Of a DNA stretch of 64,000 nt, positions 11,537-27,000 are shown in pieces; within the stretch, counting starts at the first letter, position 1; each line of letters begins with the position of its first letter. The notes beneath the pieces are model-generated. The model was not told the origin of the DNA, made no database searches, and worked only from the letters and a program-made list of their open reading frames with translations. The position numbers and the translations under genes were made by a program. Source of the DNA: Lingula anatina. Taxonomy: Eukaryota > Animalia > Brachiopoda. The DNA lies in NCBI GenBank assembly GCA_051362555.1, contig CM120647.1, positions 8,432,001-8,496,000 of the forward strand. Direction: 5' to 3'.

Positions 11537-14500
11537 CCTTCAGTGATATTTAGTCACATGGTGGCGTTCCACTTGTCACTAATGCCCAACTTGTTCATAG
11601 GGGGTGGTGTTTGATAGCGATGCGCAAAACTGATTATAATATCTTATCAACATGTACATTTTATTTACTATTTTTCATTTTGATTATTATTTTATCATTT
11701 TATTTTAAAATAAGAGTAATAAGTACTAAGCAATGACTTCAAAATGTACAGGCAAATTTGATGACAATTTCTAAGCAACATACCTTCTCCCCAAAATTAT
11801 GATGGCCACTATGTCCGTTAAACCGGTACAGGTAGCCGTGAACTTGTCGCAGGCCACTATAGTACGTGCGTATACAAACACTGATCCAAATGTGGATAAT
11901 GTAATAGTGCGTAGGGTGACTGCATTTTCGAGGCAGCCTGAGGGAGCATGATTGTTTTGATTGCAGTGAATGGTAGTGAGTCAATTGAAAGTACACTGGA
12001 CTTATCATGTACAACCACCTCAGTGCTCTGAAACACATTTTTAATCAACTGGCTTGTTTTCTTGGGTATGAAAAACAAGTTATTGTGATTTTACGAGACA
12101 AAAGAAAGCAGCAGTGCGCCATATGAAAAATCTTAATTACTTCACACCTGGCAGTAGAAACGAATGAATGTTTTTTGTATATAAAACATCTACTGGTTTA
12201 CGTAATAATCAACAACGGACGCCTCTCTTCATAGCTTTGGGTTATCAGTGTTCTGATGCTAGTAGCATGAGTAGAGAAAAACAGACCAATAAAAATATAT
12301 GTAAGACAATAAGATAAAAATTAAAGGGAAATAAAAAAAAATTCCATTTGTACGTTTACTTCATCCGCTTTAACCTCAGTTGAAATCTACTCTTCGCGTT
12401 CTAACATTGTTATAAGTCTCAGTGGTCACTGGCATCCTTTCACATTTCCCTGTCGAGCATAAAACCTAGATGTTGAGCACTAGAGGTTACATGTTAATAG
12501 GCCACTGGCTCATTATCAATGTTTTCATGGCCAGGCACACAACAGTTCCATTTATGTGTTTTCTCAGTGAGGTGGTCTTTCCCTCGACCCAGCTTGAAAA
12601 TCGAACTCAGGACTTGCCTCGTCTGCCACGAGAACACTCACTGATTTTTTTTCATATATTTTAGTCCATTTAACTTTTTAACATATTTCATTAAGAATTA
12701 TGAGAGAGAGGATTGTTTATCTAAGTGGAAGTTTACTTACATCAGTCTAGCAATTTTAATCCTTGCAAAAATAATTACTGGAATCATCTCTTCTAACACA
12801 CACAAACACTCAAAAAAAAAAAAAAAAAAAAAAAAAAACGTTAACGGACTAAAATTTAAACCACAGTTACTGTTGCTCGCAGTATCATCTCACATTCTCC
12901 AATCGATCTAGCTTATTTTTACTCGAGTACAAAATCAGGAAGCGAGTATTTTGTCTGACGTCTCAGAAAATGTCTATATTTAAGTTTATTTTAAATAACG
13001 CAATAGGCCTAAACAGATTTCGCTCCGTCTCCTGGCTTTTAAAAATTGAAAAAGAAAATCCGTGACGTCTTTTGCCGCAGGTCGTTATTTTTAATTGTTT
13101 GATGTTTTTGTAATATTTTAGCCATTTATAGAATCTTCAGTTCAATTAGTCCTACATCGATGATTTGTGAGATGATAGGCATATAGTGACAGGATACGGC
13201 GAATCTCTTAGAAAGTAATTTGCAAAACCTTCACCATCAGGCATTGTGAAAAAATATGCTAGAGGTTGAGGACAAATGTGCCAATGAAATAAATGTGCAT
13301 CACGTAATACCCCATTAGCGCGGTCTAATTTTTTGTTAGTAGGCCCTATTAATAACGTGCGAATATTATCCAAAAGAGTTATTTTAAGAACCTTTACTGA
13401 ATACGAAAACTTTCCATACTAGCAAGGCGTGAATCGGAATTTGTTTACACAGAAATCTAGCTTGCTTAAAAATCATTTTCTGTCACAATATGTTTTGAAA
13501 AAGCAGAATTCTGCAGTCTTTCTGTGCCATATGCACTGTGCACGTATAACCTTTGGTCGCTTTCGGCAACTCATTGAAATAACTGCACGTGCAGCAGCAA
13601 CGAGCCTCATCAGTTTGGTGGTCTTTTACGAACAAGAGGAAAAGGGTCAATTTAAAAACTTGAGAAGGGAGAAGGGCAGTATAATGCTTATTTAGAGGAG
13701 GCATGACTAAATAAACAACTCATAAACACCTTTTCAAGTAGACTTTATTATTACCACATATTTCATAATAGATTTGAATACCTTGAAACATTACTTCACA
13801 AAACACCCACCCTCCCGTCCTCCACCAACGATTTCTGGCCAGTATTTACAATTTCTTACTTTTTTAAATTCTAAAATAGTGCGCTTTAAACTATTCGCCA
13901 CGCTGAAACAGTTCCAAAGGTGGCAGCCCCGTTCAAGACGAGATCAATTCAAGTCTGAAAATGACAGTACTTCAACAAGCATACTGGCTGCAATTAATGC
14001 CTCATTTCAATTAAGTTTTCCTCGTTATTGATCTCAGTCTGATTTTAGTACTTAAACAACTGAATTCTTCTTTTATGTTTCCAGTCAATAATTTCTATTT
14101 CTAAGTTATTTTTCTCTCTTTTTTACAATGCACATACCCCCAACTTTTAGTTGCAAAACAAACATTGCTAGCATAAATTAAAGAATACTAATCCAAGATG
14201 TTGGTCAAATCACTAACTGATATCCCTGGCCTTAATGTCCATTTTGAATAGAATGTTTAAATGCAGTTCATACATCCAAAAATAAATAAATAATTCAACA
14301 CTTGCATTGAGCATTGCCTCTTCAGAAGGCAGCTTGTTCTTATGGAGAGTAAACTTTTTTATGAACTGGGTTCAGTTTTGGACAAAATTTAATATCCAAT
14401 TTATCATCAGTAAAACATTGAATTATGGAACAGATTTAAAGGTTTCCTCACCTTACAAAGTGACTACCATGCAATCATCTAGTAAAATAATAATGATGAT

Positions 14501-16158
14501 GATAATAATTATTATAATGATAATAATAAATTGTACTAAAGTATATTACAACCTTTTCCTTCACATAAGAATATGGCATATTTATCTTACATCTGATATT
14601 AACTCACATAATAATAGTGCAATAACACTCATCAACAACAGCAAGCAAAAAAGCATCTCTACTTTTTTAATTTGGCAAATCAAATACCTGTAATCCAAGG
14701 AACAGAGAAAACAAACAGTACACCCTTCAACAAATAAACAGAAAAGTAAGAATTTTAAAAAAAGATTGCACTTAACAAACGTGTGGCTTTTCTCTTTCTG
14801 ATATAATTCTTTCAAATACAATTCATACCACCTCTAAACAATTACATGCTATTTATCAAATTGATTTTAAGCAAAAGTTTTGAACCCAAGAGGAAGCAAT
14901 TAAGTCTGCAAGAGAAAGCAGAACTTAAAATGCAGTTAACAACCACATCTATTATTTAAATTTGATAATGAACCCGAAACCAGCACGTAATATATCATAA
15001 CAGTTTGTACTGCGGTTGTTACATAGCACCTAAAAATTAATATAGGTATTTGCTTTAACATGTAGTACCTTTACTTTCAGAGGCCGTTGAGAACTATCTT
15101 ATACCAACCAAGGTATGTCATTTCACACTTAATTTACTGAAAACCCTTGTGAAGAAACATTGACCCCCTACCTACACTTAAAAAGTTGTTGAGCTATATA
15201 ATTAATCAGTCAAAAGTAGTTCTTTTGCAAGACTGTAGAACAAGTTTCTCCAAACTCTGGGTGACTGCCAGTCACTGCTTACTGCAAACAGCTTCCCAAT
15301 CAGATAACTTTAATAGCGGCATTTTTCTATCGTTTCCTTAGTCCCTTGAAAAGTTTTTTTCCATGGTTAAATGTGATTCAGATGCAATTCTTTGTAAATA
15401 TCTTAAACCAATTAGATGAGAAATTTATAATCTCTTAATGAAACTAAATTGCAGTCATTTTCAATTTCTGATTAATGAAATGAAACATTTGTAAATCACA
15501 AACAAGAATGTGGCCCCCATAAACTGTTACTGTTGATATTTATATTCACAACTTTCCAGAAGTTTTCAGCCCATTTGGGGATAATAAACTCATAGAACAA
15601 GAGAAAAAATGAAACAAAAAAAGGCAGTCATATCTATGTTACCCAACAAGGCAATAAATCCTTAACTCACATTAAATCTTTTAACAATGACAAATATACT
15701 ACTACCCCCCAATAGCACTCTGTACATGTGCAATAATATTAATGCTTGATATCTAATGCATGATGTACCTATGAATTTATTTCTTAGATTTCTTATTTAA
15801 ACATGGGAGTCAATGATTATCCAAGTGAAAGTAGTACCATTCTGAATATACTTCAAAAGTTAAAACTACAAGATTATTTCTAACTGTCAATATAATTTTT
15901 TAAGCAACAATGTATAGCAAAATATTAGGTAAAGGTGCTTATAACTACTGTCACGAGAATAAAACTTCATTAAGAGAAAAAAAAGAAGAGTAATTAATAT
16001 TTCATACATGTTATTGTTAATTACAGAAACCTCCCATAGTTTTCACAAATCAAGTTCCTAACTGTGTTGACAGCTCAATATTCCATGTGAAATGAAAGGT
16101 GCAGCTAGGGTTACTTTGACCCTGTCTTATCTTGGTTGCTGTTCAGAAGTGCTGCCAT

Positions 16159-16278
16159 CTACAGTGGGACTTTGGTCTCAGGCGCAGGGCCCGTGCCGTT
16201 AGACTCTTGCTGTTCAGTGGCTGTGTCAGTCAAGGCTTCGTCAAAATTGGTCTCTGATTTACTGCCGGTCACTTTGGC
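16159..16278 (-). CDS. TPD52: TPD52-like last coding exon AKVTGSKSETNFDEALTDTATEQQESNGTGPAPETKVPL*
   Basis: Polypyrimidine CAG acceptor at 16279-16280; phase 0; TAG at 16159-16161. Confidence 0.85.
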   Translation of the reverse strand, partial: AKVTGSKSETNFDEALTDTATEQQESNGTGPAPETKVPL

Positions 16279-18629
16279 CTGAAAAATAGAACATCATATT
16301 GAAAAATGTTAATTTTTGACTAAAATAATTAGAAAATCTCACATATAGTGCCCGACTTTGTATTCTTAATCTTGTTTCATTAATGATTTTAAATGTTTTT
16401 TTTTTTAGTTGAACTATTAATAAAACATGACTCTAATAGTCTTACAACAGCCATGATACCATTGTAAGTAATTACTACTTTTCACAAAATATCTCTAACT
16501 CGATAAATGGTATAACTTTAAAGCCAAAAAATAAATGTAATACTGGGCCAACTTTGACAGGAAAAACATCATTTTTCATTTTTGCTTTAAGTAAAACCTA
16601 GTCTGCACAAGGGTCCTCATTTTCTTTTCCCTTGTTAACTCAAATTAATGTGACAACCCTTTCGGAATTCTTTATCTCTTGCAAAAGAAAATACAATGAT
16701 AAAATGCAGCCTTATCCCATGACTGCTTTCGCAGATTTTCATTATTCAGCTTGGCACATTCACTTAATATTTCACCTAATTAACTATATTCATAATTAGC
16801 TTATTGTATAAGAGCTTTTGTAATCAGCTTTGAAGTAAAATATTATCAATTCTGAAAATAATTCTTCAAAACAGGGTCTTTTCTCCACAGTATATTCCTA
16901 TCTGATGAGTTCTGTAATTTTTGAATGTGGTTAATTATTTTATATTACTTGATAATTAAATGTATATATACTACAACTATATACAAGTACACTAATGCTT
17001 CAATCACTTCACACACACAAAATAAATTTAAAAATAATTATTAAAATAGCTAGCTGTTATAATAGTAAAAAATGCACAACACAAACTGAATACGTCATTT
17101 TTTTAAAATGAAAGTACACTCCAACACTATTTTCTTTTACTTAATTCTATTTCAGAATGTAGCATAAAAACAACAATTATCTCTATTAAAAGTGAAAATA
17201 AATGGGAAAGGGGGTCAAAGAACTTTTGTGTTATCATCATTTTATTCTATCCATGCAATAATGAGGCTAAATACATTAAAATTAATATAACTTATTTCCA
17301 ATAAGTTTTAACTATTAATGATTTAAAAAAAATTGCCACAAGACAACCAAAACTGTTGAAGCAGTTATTATGTAGTCCAAGGTTGTCTTTGATCAAGAAA
17401 AAAAATCTCAAAAAGAATTTTATTTGGCCAAAATCATTGAGCAGTTTGAATAATTCGATGAAAAACTGCTGTATTTGAAATACAAGTCTGGCCATCAGAC
17501 CCTGAACCTTGATCAGAAGACTAAAACCTTTGGTCACTTTGGTGGCCAGCTGAGAAGTAATGCATAAACACACCTTAAATTGATGACAGCATATTTATTA
17601 ATAAATGATATATCATCAATGCTAGGAAAATAAAAGCTATAGACTGCACACAAGTATAAAATCACTATCAACAGTAACAACCTTTTTTTACAATACCGCC
17701 ATTTATGTTTTACTTTATAGGTTCGTATGTCACTTTCTCAGTCTATATATATAAAAAAAAAAAAAAGAATTTAAAATGCTAGAAATACAGTGAAATCTCT
17801 CAAATCTTGAACAATTAGTTAACTTTTTTTGTGAAATATTCTTTTCTTTCATGATCGTATGGTGGAGATGAGAAAATTCCAAAAAGCATTTAGTGTTCAA
17901 GGCCACACCTTGGCATTTGAAGTTTAAAATTCTTAATGATGAATGCATTAATTAACAACAAAAGGTCAGAAAATTCAACATAGTAATCAAGTCTGACTTT
18001 GCACTTGTTAAGTAACTAAACCTGATAAACCTAGAAATAATGAAACGTTCAAAATTAACGGTGATCACCTCTTTCAAGGATTAGCTTGAAGTTAACACTT
18101 GTCTAATGAGCACATTTAAACTCAGATTAACAATGATCTACATATATTTTACCTTACGTTCATTGATGAATTAGATGCTCATTACTAGAGTTATACAAAT
18201 TAATCAAACTGACAGCTTTGACTGACAGGAAATAGTTAAATATTCGCTAAGTAGTTTTTAATGTCAAATTTCTTATGTAAATGCAATAATTTTGCATTGA
18301 AACAGCAATTGAAAAGTAACATAATAAATTTTAAATATTCAAATTAAATATCATAAAAATTTTGAATATAAACATTCATTATAAAATCATTCAATCATAT
18401 AGCTCTAAACAATTCAACTTATAAAAATATATTAGCCAGAAGTTATCTTTTACTTTTCTACCCACACAGAACTTTTTCACTTTTCAAACAGTACAAATCA
18501 TTAAATCATTCTAAATTACACTACAAAGAATGCACCAAGGCAATCAACTGTTCAACTCAACTCCATTGAAAGCTACGCAAAATACAAACCATTTACAACA
18601 TAAAGACATTCTACTAAGTTTTCTATCAT

Positions 18630-18684
<55 letters not shown>

Positions 18685-21600
18685 GGTACGCACACATACA
18701 CACAAATTGCATATAATCTACTCTGGCTTTCCTGAGCTTCAGATTGAAGTAAGACGACTTCTTCATTTTCAAAACTTCTTATGTGCAGAATTATCAGAAT
18801 TGACAATCAGAGGCAAGTTTGATAGAAATTTACTGTCAATCACAGATGCACATCCAGTCATCCAAATTTCGTTCTTCTGTAGAAAACTTAAGGCTACAAG
18901 ACCTGTCTAACATTTGTAATTGGAATGATAAACTTCAATCAAATAAAGCTTAATTAAGAAGCGACAAGCAGGCACATGTAAAGATGGCCGGCATTGCTTC
19001 TCAGGATATAGCACAGTGGATGGTCTATGTAATTATTTCAAGATTTTTAATCTAATTTTCAAGCATTTTTCAAATTCAATCAACCCTATGATTGCCTCAA
19101 ACAGTTAATTAAAATCTTATCTATTAGTCAAGTAAAATATATTAGCCCCGGACAAAACTATTTTTTTTATCATCTAATAGACCTCATTTAATTATCTAAA
19201 ACTAAAAACACTTGACAACATCAAAAAAGCAATTTTTACAAATTATACAATCAAACAGATGACTACATAAGGAATAAAAACAGCATCACACAAATTAAGT
19301 AGCATAAGAAGAAATCAGATTCAATGTTTATTTCCAATGCCCTACCTCCCTCCCCATGGCAAACTAGAAAGTTTGCTTCTCTGCAAGCATCTGTATTAAT
19401 ATATATCTGACTGATTACTACATAACATAATAATAACTAGAGGATCAGAGAGGCGATACCGCCTCCGAATATTGTACCACCAGCCGGAGTAAGCGCGATC
19501 GTATAGGCCCCCCCCCCCACAAAAAAGGGACACCACCACCAGTCTTGTGCTTGACAAGCTGTAAAAAATGCAATCAACAAGAATTCTCAAAATATGCAAA
19601 AAATATATATATATAACTAAAATGGTACAATCAAAGTTCAGTTCATCGTAAGGTAGGTCAAAGGTCAATTTCAAGGTCACAGTAAATTTCCAGTATATAT
19701 AACTTCCTATTCAAGTTCAACAGTAACTATGGACCTATCTCTGCCAGTTTTGGAGATAAAAGGGAACCAAAATTTGTAAAGTTCAATTCATGATAAAAAG
19801 TAGGTCAAAGGTCAATTTCAAGGTCACACTTACGTTGCCAGTATATGACTTCCTATTCAAATTCAACAGTAACTATGGGCGTATCTCTGCTAGTTTTGGA
19901 GATAAAAGGGAACAAAATTTGCCAAGTTCAGTTCATGGTTAAAAGTAGGTCAAAGGTCAATTTTAAGGTCACAGTAAATTGGCTCTTATGACTTTCTATT
20001 CAAATTCAATAGTAACTATGGGCGTATCTCTGCCAGTTTTGAAAAAAAAAGCATTAAAAATTGCCAAGTTCAGTTTATGGTGTTAAGTAGGTCAAAGGTC
20101 AATTTCAAGGTCAGAGTAAGATTTCAAGTTTATGACTTCCTGTTCAACTTCAATAGTAACTATGGACCTATCTCTGCTAGTTTTGGAGATAAAAGGGAAC
20201 AAAATTTGCAAAGTTCAGTTCATGGTTAAAAGTAGGTCAAAGGTCAATTTTAAGGTCACAGTAAATTGGCTCTAATGACTTTCTATTCAAATTCAATAGG
20301 AACTATGGGCGTATCTCTGCAAGTTTTGAAAAAAAAAAAAAACATTAAAAAGTTGCAAAGTTCAGTTTATGGTGTTAAGTAGGTCAAAAGTCAATTTCAA
20401 GGTCACACTTACGTTGCCAGTATATGACTTCCTGTTCAACTTCAATAGTAACTATGGACCTATCTCTGCCAGTTTTGGAGATAAAAGGGTACAAAAATTT
20501 GCAAAGTTCAATTCATGATGAAAAGTAGGTCAAAGGTCAATTTCAAGGTCACACTTACGTTGCCAGTATATGACTTCCTATTCAAGTTCAACAGTAACTA
20601 TGGGCGTATCTCTGCTAGTTTTGGAGATAAAAGGGAACAAAATTTGCCAAGTTCAGTTCATGGTTAAAAGTAGGTCAAAGGTCAATTTTAAGGTCACAGT
20701 AAATTGGCTCTAATGACTTTCTATTCAAATTCAATAGTAACTATGGGCGTATCTCTGCCAGTTTTGAAAAAAAAAAGCATTAAATATTGCCAAGTTCAGT
20801 TTATGGTGTTAAGTAGGTCAAAGGTCAATTTCAAGGTCAGAGTAAGATTTCAAGTTTATGACTTCCTGTTCAACTTCAATAGTAACTATGGACCTATCTC
20901 TGCTAGTTTTGGAGATAAAAGGGAACAAAATTTGCAAAGTTCAGTTCATGGTTAAAAGTAGGTCAAAGGTCAATTTTAAGGTCACAGTAAATTGGCTCTA
21001 ATGACTTTCTATTCAAATTCAATAGGAACTATGGGCGTATCTCTGCCAGTTTTGAAAAAAAAAAAAACATTAAAAAGTTGCAAAGTTCAGTTTATGGTGT
21101 TAAGTAGGTCAAAAGTCAATTTCAAGGTCACACTTACGTTGCCAGTATATGACTTCCTGTTCAACTTCAATAGTAACTATGGACCTATCTCTGCCAGTTT
21201 TGGAGATAAAAGGGTACAAAAATTTGCAAAATTCAATTCATGATGAAAAGTAGGTCAAAGGTCAATTTCAAGGTCACACTTACGTTGCCAGTATGTGACT
21301 TCCTATTCAAGTTCAATATTAACTATGGACCTATCTCTGCCAGTTTTGGAGATATAAGGAACTAAATGTTATAATTTTGGAGTTACAATAATGTGCCATA
21401 AATTTCCTACAGAAAAAATTAATTAAAATAAAGAAAAGGTCATTTTGGTTGAAATTCTTGAAATGGGAGGTGCTCAGAAGATCCAGATGTTCAAATGTTC
21501 CAGATGTTCATGAAATAATGTCATTTTTGACCAGAAATTGTCTGCCTTGCCAAGCCTTATGTTTTATTTTCCCGGGGTTCAAAATTTATTATCCATTACC

Positions 21601-23948
21601 GTACTGCACATTTTGCTTTCACCACCAATATGTACTTTTTGATACAGCGTAACTCGAAAACCGTATGGAATACAAAAAAACGGAAACCACTTCCAGTGTT
21701 GGGCTTTACATGCTCTACAAAATGCAAAAAAGAATGGGTCTCTAGCATTAACGGTTCCTGAATTAGAGACAGTTTTCAGTTTCGGTATCTTTTGGCCGCT
21801 ACTCCCGTGAAAATGCACCGATTGACCCCAAATTCACTGAGATGAAAGATGACCCGAAGGGTAACACTTTCCAATAATATTATTGGTTAAGTCTGTGTAG
21901 TGTCTGAATAACAGCGCAAATATTTTTTTTTTTGGCAAAAATTTTGTTTTTTTGAAAATTTTGGCCCGTTTGACCTTGAAATAAAGGTCAAAGGTCAAAT
22001 CCAAGGGCATATTTGAAATCTACACATATGACTTTTGGAAAGCCGTCTGTAGAAATTTTTCCCATAATTCCTTCCGAAGGGTAAATAATTAGCATTTAAT
22101 TTTGCCATTTTTGGACAAGGGTGCATTGCAATGAGTGCCACACCTAGACCCCAATTCCGACAAAGCCCAAATTTTACGTGGAACGAGTTGAGATTATAGG
22201 TGACCTAAATCCAAGAGGTGGGTACAGAGGCACTTACCGTCTAGGAGGAGAAGCGGTAACGGTGAGATGGCGGCGGAGCCAGAGGAGCCGGCGGAGCCGG
22301 CGGAACATGCGGGTCGGGACTAAAACCATGTGTACCGCCAGCGCCTACGCTGGTGGTACAATAATAACTACAGTAATAATAATATTTAAAATAACAAATT
22401 TTAAATAAAAAATTTAGAATGCACAGCACATACAAAAACTGAACAAAATTGACGACGGCTACAAAAGGTATTGTAATAACTCAATCTTTTCAATGGGAGA
22501 CATTGTGAATTTTACAGATACTTTATTTTTTAAGTCAAAATTTCTCAAAATAAGGACATTCCTTTTGAGTGGTACCAGCAAAATTAAAGACCTGGCTACT
22601 CTTCAGTTTTATTCGATGTAGTGAAAGCACCATAAATGCTATACAGAATTTTTGTGCTTAGAAAATTACGTGTCTGAAAGTCTGATAATTTTTTGCCGAT
22701 TGAAAAGATCGAGTCCTTACTGTAACACCCACTCACCATGTGTTTGGACCAAAAAATTGATCCTAAAGATTGCGAGCGCTGGGCAGGAAATACAGCAATA
22801 TTAATGGGCATGCTCGCCAAAGACACATGAATTTTTTTATCAAGTGGACTTTAATTTTGACCATATACATATATAATGGCAAATGTCAAAAAAAAAAAAA
22901 AAAAAAAAAATCATCCTGTCGTGGTGTATTTTACATGAATGCTGGATATGTCATGCCTAGGTCTTTTGTTCTTGACATTTGCCATTTTCAAAGTCAGATA
23001 CACCATGAGTCAGCAAGAGCACATGGCATCCACACATTTCATACATGTGTATGTCACATACACCAGAGTCACTGCCTCATGGAAAATCGACTACTTAACT
23101 CTTTTACAGTAACTACTTATACAATTCAAACAAACTGAATTCCTATTTTTTCCTGAAAAGCTCTTATTTTTTTTCTGTAATACTCAAAGCTGGCGATTGA
23201 ATATTTCTGAAAAGTTATTAAGTCTCTGGCTAAAAAGTGTGCGCATGGTTTTCTTTGCTTTATAAGTAAAAAAAAAAACAAGGAATGTTGAAGAGGTAAA
23301 ATTTTGGAATGAGTGGCACGTTTGAAATTAAAAGTAATTACCGTAATATAATCCTGGTTTCCATTAACAGAAAACTTTATTTCAAAATAAAACAACTCTT
23401 GCACACGTTAGCGGTAACACATGGCACCAGACAAGTTAACTTATGGGCTTATTTCATAAAAAGTCAAATGTTCTTGGGGAAAGCTTTTAGAGAGCTATAA
23501 ATAAACAATCGTTTAGGCAAAGTCAACTCTGTGATATTTGTTGTCTAAAGGATCTTTAAAATAATGATTGGCCCGCACCCAATAAATGTTTCTGAGATAC
23601 CTGTACGGGCTACTGTAACTGTCACCAATGAGATAAAAACCTTGTGGAAATTTGCAACAGGTGGTTATTTCAAAGACAAATAAACTTTGTAGCAAAAAAT
23701 TTGACTGAAAAACTGACTTCAAACTTTTTGTGAAAAAAGCCCCAGCTGGAATAAACAAGGTTTTCTAAACTTTTTCCAGGATGCAATCAATTGTCACATT
23801 CCATATTAAATGATGTTACCATACAACTAACCTTGACATTACTGTAAGCAGAGCCCACTTTCTCTTCTATTGACTTGAAGGTCTGGGAATTCCTGGAAAA
23901 AGATTGCTAACCACATTAAGGAAGGTTTTCTCCTCCTCTCTCTCTCTG

Positions 23949-24005
<57 letters not shown>

Positions 24006-27000
24006 CAACAATAGTAAACTGATCACATACGAAAGTTAAATCTAAGTAAACAGAATATCTGAGAAAATCACCATCTTTTGCCAAACATCCACAACATAAT
24101 AAGTTTCAAGTGTTTAAATTTTGACACTATTACCAAGAAAGCTCCATGAGGTCAGTTAAGGAAATCCGTACCTTAGGTCTGACAGTTTCTTTCCTGCAGC
24201 ATTGGCGGCCTGACTGGCTTTGGTACCAACATTCTTGAAAGCTTCATTCGTCTTCTGGTAGCTGGAAAGTTAACAAGAACAGAGCGAGTAGTGATAATGA
24301 TTTTTATATCCTTCATGCATTTCATGTTACTCGCTAAATGTATTATCAACACCTGAAAATATTTTCGACTGTTCCTGTGTATATTTTCTTAAACAAGCAG
24401 ACAAAAAAATTCAAAAGCGATTGTTTTTCATGTAATGTCATGTAAGTCATGTAAATATGTTGATGTTTCAAATTGCTGCATTTCTCAAGCTAGATTAAAT
24501 ATTAGACACAACAGACATATCAAAGAAAAACTCTGAATTTAAATAAGCACACATAAATATATAAAAAACTTTTCATACAAAAGGAGTTTAATGATACATT
24601 TTGTTTTTGCATACATAAGCACGATAATAAATTGCCACCAAATGTCCCTTGTGGGATGAAGAGTTAAGTAAGTAATATGATAATAAATAATATGAAGATG
24701 AGATCAAGATCTTGCCACCAAATGCCCCTTGGGGTATGAAGAGTTACGTAAGTAGTAGGATAATAAATAATCTGACCATGAGATTAAGATCTTATGAATA
24801 ACCTCAACCCTTGAAATATGTTAGTATGTGCTACAAAGATGGAGTGCTCTTATTTGCAAAACATTATGAAAGCGAAGATGCAATCTTATAAGGTCAGTGT
24901 GTACAAACATGCACCAAGTATTGTTATTGTGATGGTAAATAGCGTGGGTATTGGCAACAAATCGAGGGGAGAAAATATCACTAAAAGTTCTTTCCAAAGA
25001 GGGTTTTATCTGGAATAAGTTTGCAACCTCTGTCCACTTCAATTAAAATGTATAATTTTAAGACGCATCATTTAAGATAATTTATATAGTAACCACCATG
25101 TTTTGTTTCTCGAGTAATCAAATTATCATCAAATCATCAAAACTTTTGGACAATAATAAATACATGGGTTCTTCTGGACTGACAAACAGAATAAAAAGGC
25201 ACCAAGTGACGAAAAAAATTCACAAAAAAATTCATTGGCCTGGCCACAGTTTTGCTGTAATTTGGCATCAGGCCAATATCAGAGGAGGATTTCATCACAA
25301 TCATAAACAACCTCACTGGTGGTTCTTAGTTTAGCTCATTGTGGCAGCTGAGAGTGCACCGTCACAACTAACACAATCAGTTTTTCCCATCTACCGCAAT
25401 AGGAATGCAACATGAAAAGCTTAATCCGTAAGAAGGCCACTTATAACACATTGATCATTCCCCATGTGGCCACTTAGCACACATTAATACCTCTCCATAT
25501 GGCCACTTAGCACATAAATAATTCTCCATATGGCACTTCAAACACATTTCATAGAGCAAAGTCACATTACCAGAGTGCGAGCAGTGCATTTTACAAGCAT
25601 ATCAGACCCAAACCACAGCTAATTGACCTCTTCATCACTAGTCAATCATTTAAAATCAAAATAAAATAATCTGAATAAGTCACAATTAATGCCCCCCCCC
25701 CCTTTTATACCTCATGTGGCAACAGTCTATATAAGACTGCTTACGAGCAGTCACTACAGTTTTAATGTCTTATTAAAAATAAAATTAGTTACCAGACCAA
25801 GGTCAACATTTCCGTCAAATTCCAGTGTTGAAATTATTAAAATTATCTACACCATAAATTTATATTAGCTTTATGCATGTCTGTGTGTGTATTAAGAAAA
25901 TGCAAGACTATATCAGGAAAACTGTCAAGAAGCATACATTAACATACATCAAAACAGTGGGTGTGTCTTTAACTTTAAACTGAAATATTAATAGAGCACA
26001 AAAAAGTGCAATGCAATATGGATTTTTAAAGGGGGGGGGGGGGTATCCTCAATATTCTTTTCCACAAACTGGGCTAAATCTTGGTGAACAAAGACCAAAA
26101 TGTGCATGGCATATTGTATTTATATTGATCAGATGCTTAAGACATTTGCAAAAATTTTTTTCACTTTTTTTAACCAATTCAAACCTGATTTTAAAAGCAA
26201 AGCAAAACACTAAGTGCATTCTAAAACACTTTTGCAACATAGCATCAATTGTCAAACACCATAACAGTTATTTCAAAATTGGAACAAATTTTAGTGGAAG
26301 CTGCTAAATATTATATTCAACAAATTGTTAATATAAGATTTTGTGAAACTTTTCATTAAAAAATTGTCAAAAAGAAAAAAAAAACAAACTAGAAACGGTT
26401 AATTGGCAGGCAAAGTACTCACGCTCCCGACGACGTGATCTTATCTTCCCATTGGTGCAATTTCTCATTTGTCTTTTTGTACCTGCGTAAAAAGAATAGG
26501 AGAGGGACCCCACACATTAATTTGCGTTTCATTAAAAATGCCCAAATTGGAAAATAAAAAAGAGAAAAACCACTCAATGCTCACTCTTTGTAACATTAGT
26601 GGCAGAGGCGGGACGGACATGACACAGAATAATATGAAAACTGTGTCACGTTAGTGAAAGTCTGGAGCATTTACCACCAATGTACATTGTGTGACATTGG
26701 TGGCAGTGGGTGGGATGAAGAGTTCACATGCAAAGCATCACGTGCCAATAATAAAAGAAATAGTGGTGATAAAGACTATGACCCCAATGTTAACTAAACC
26801 CCAATTGTTACAAAGGGGCTAAAGCATGCAAGTATAGCATATCACTATAAAATGAAATGTTTTCCGTACTGAGAACAACAGAAAAGATAAGGGAAACTAA
26901 AGGCTGCTACGAAAAAAATTAAGACATAATCCACGGAGGCCTGACACTGTGCAAGATATACACAGATCTGCATGCATATATACACTGATACTTAATACTA

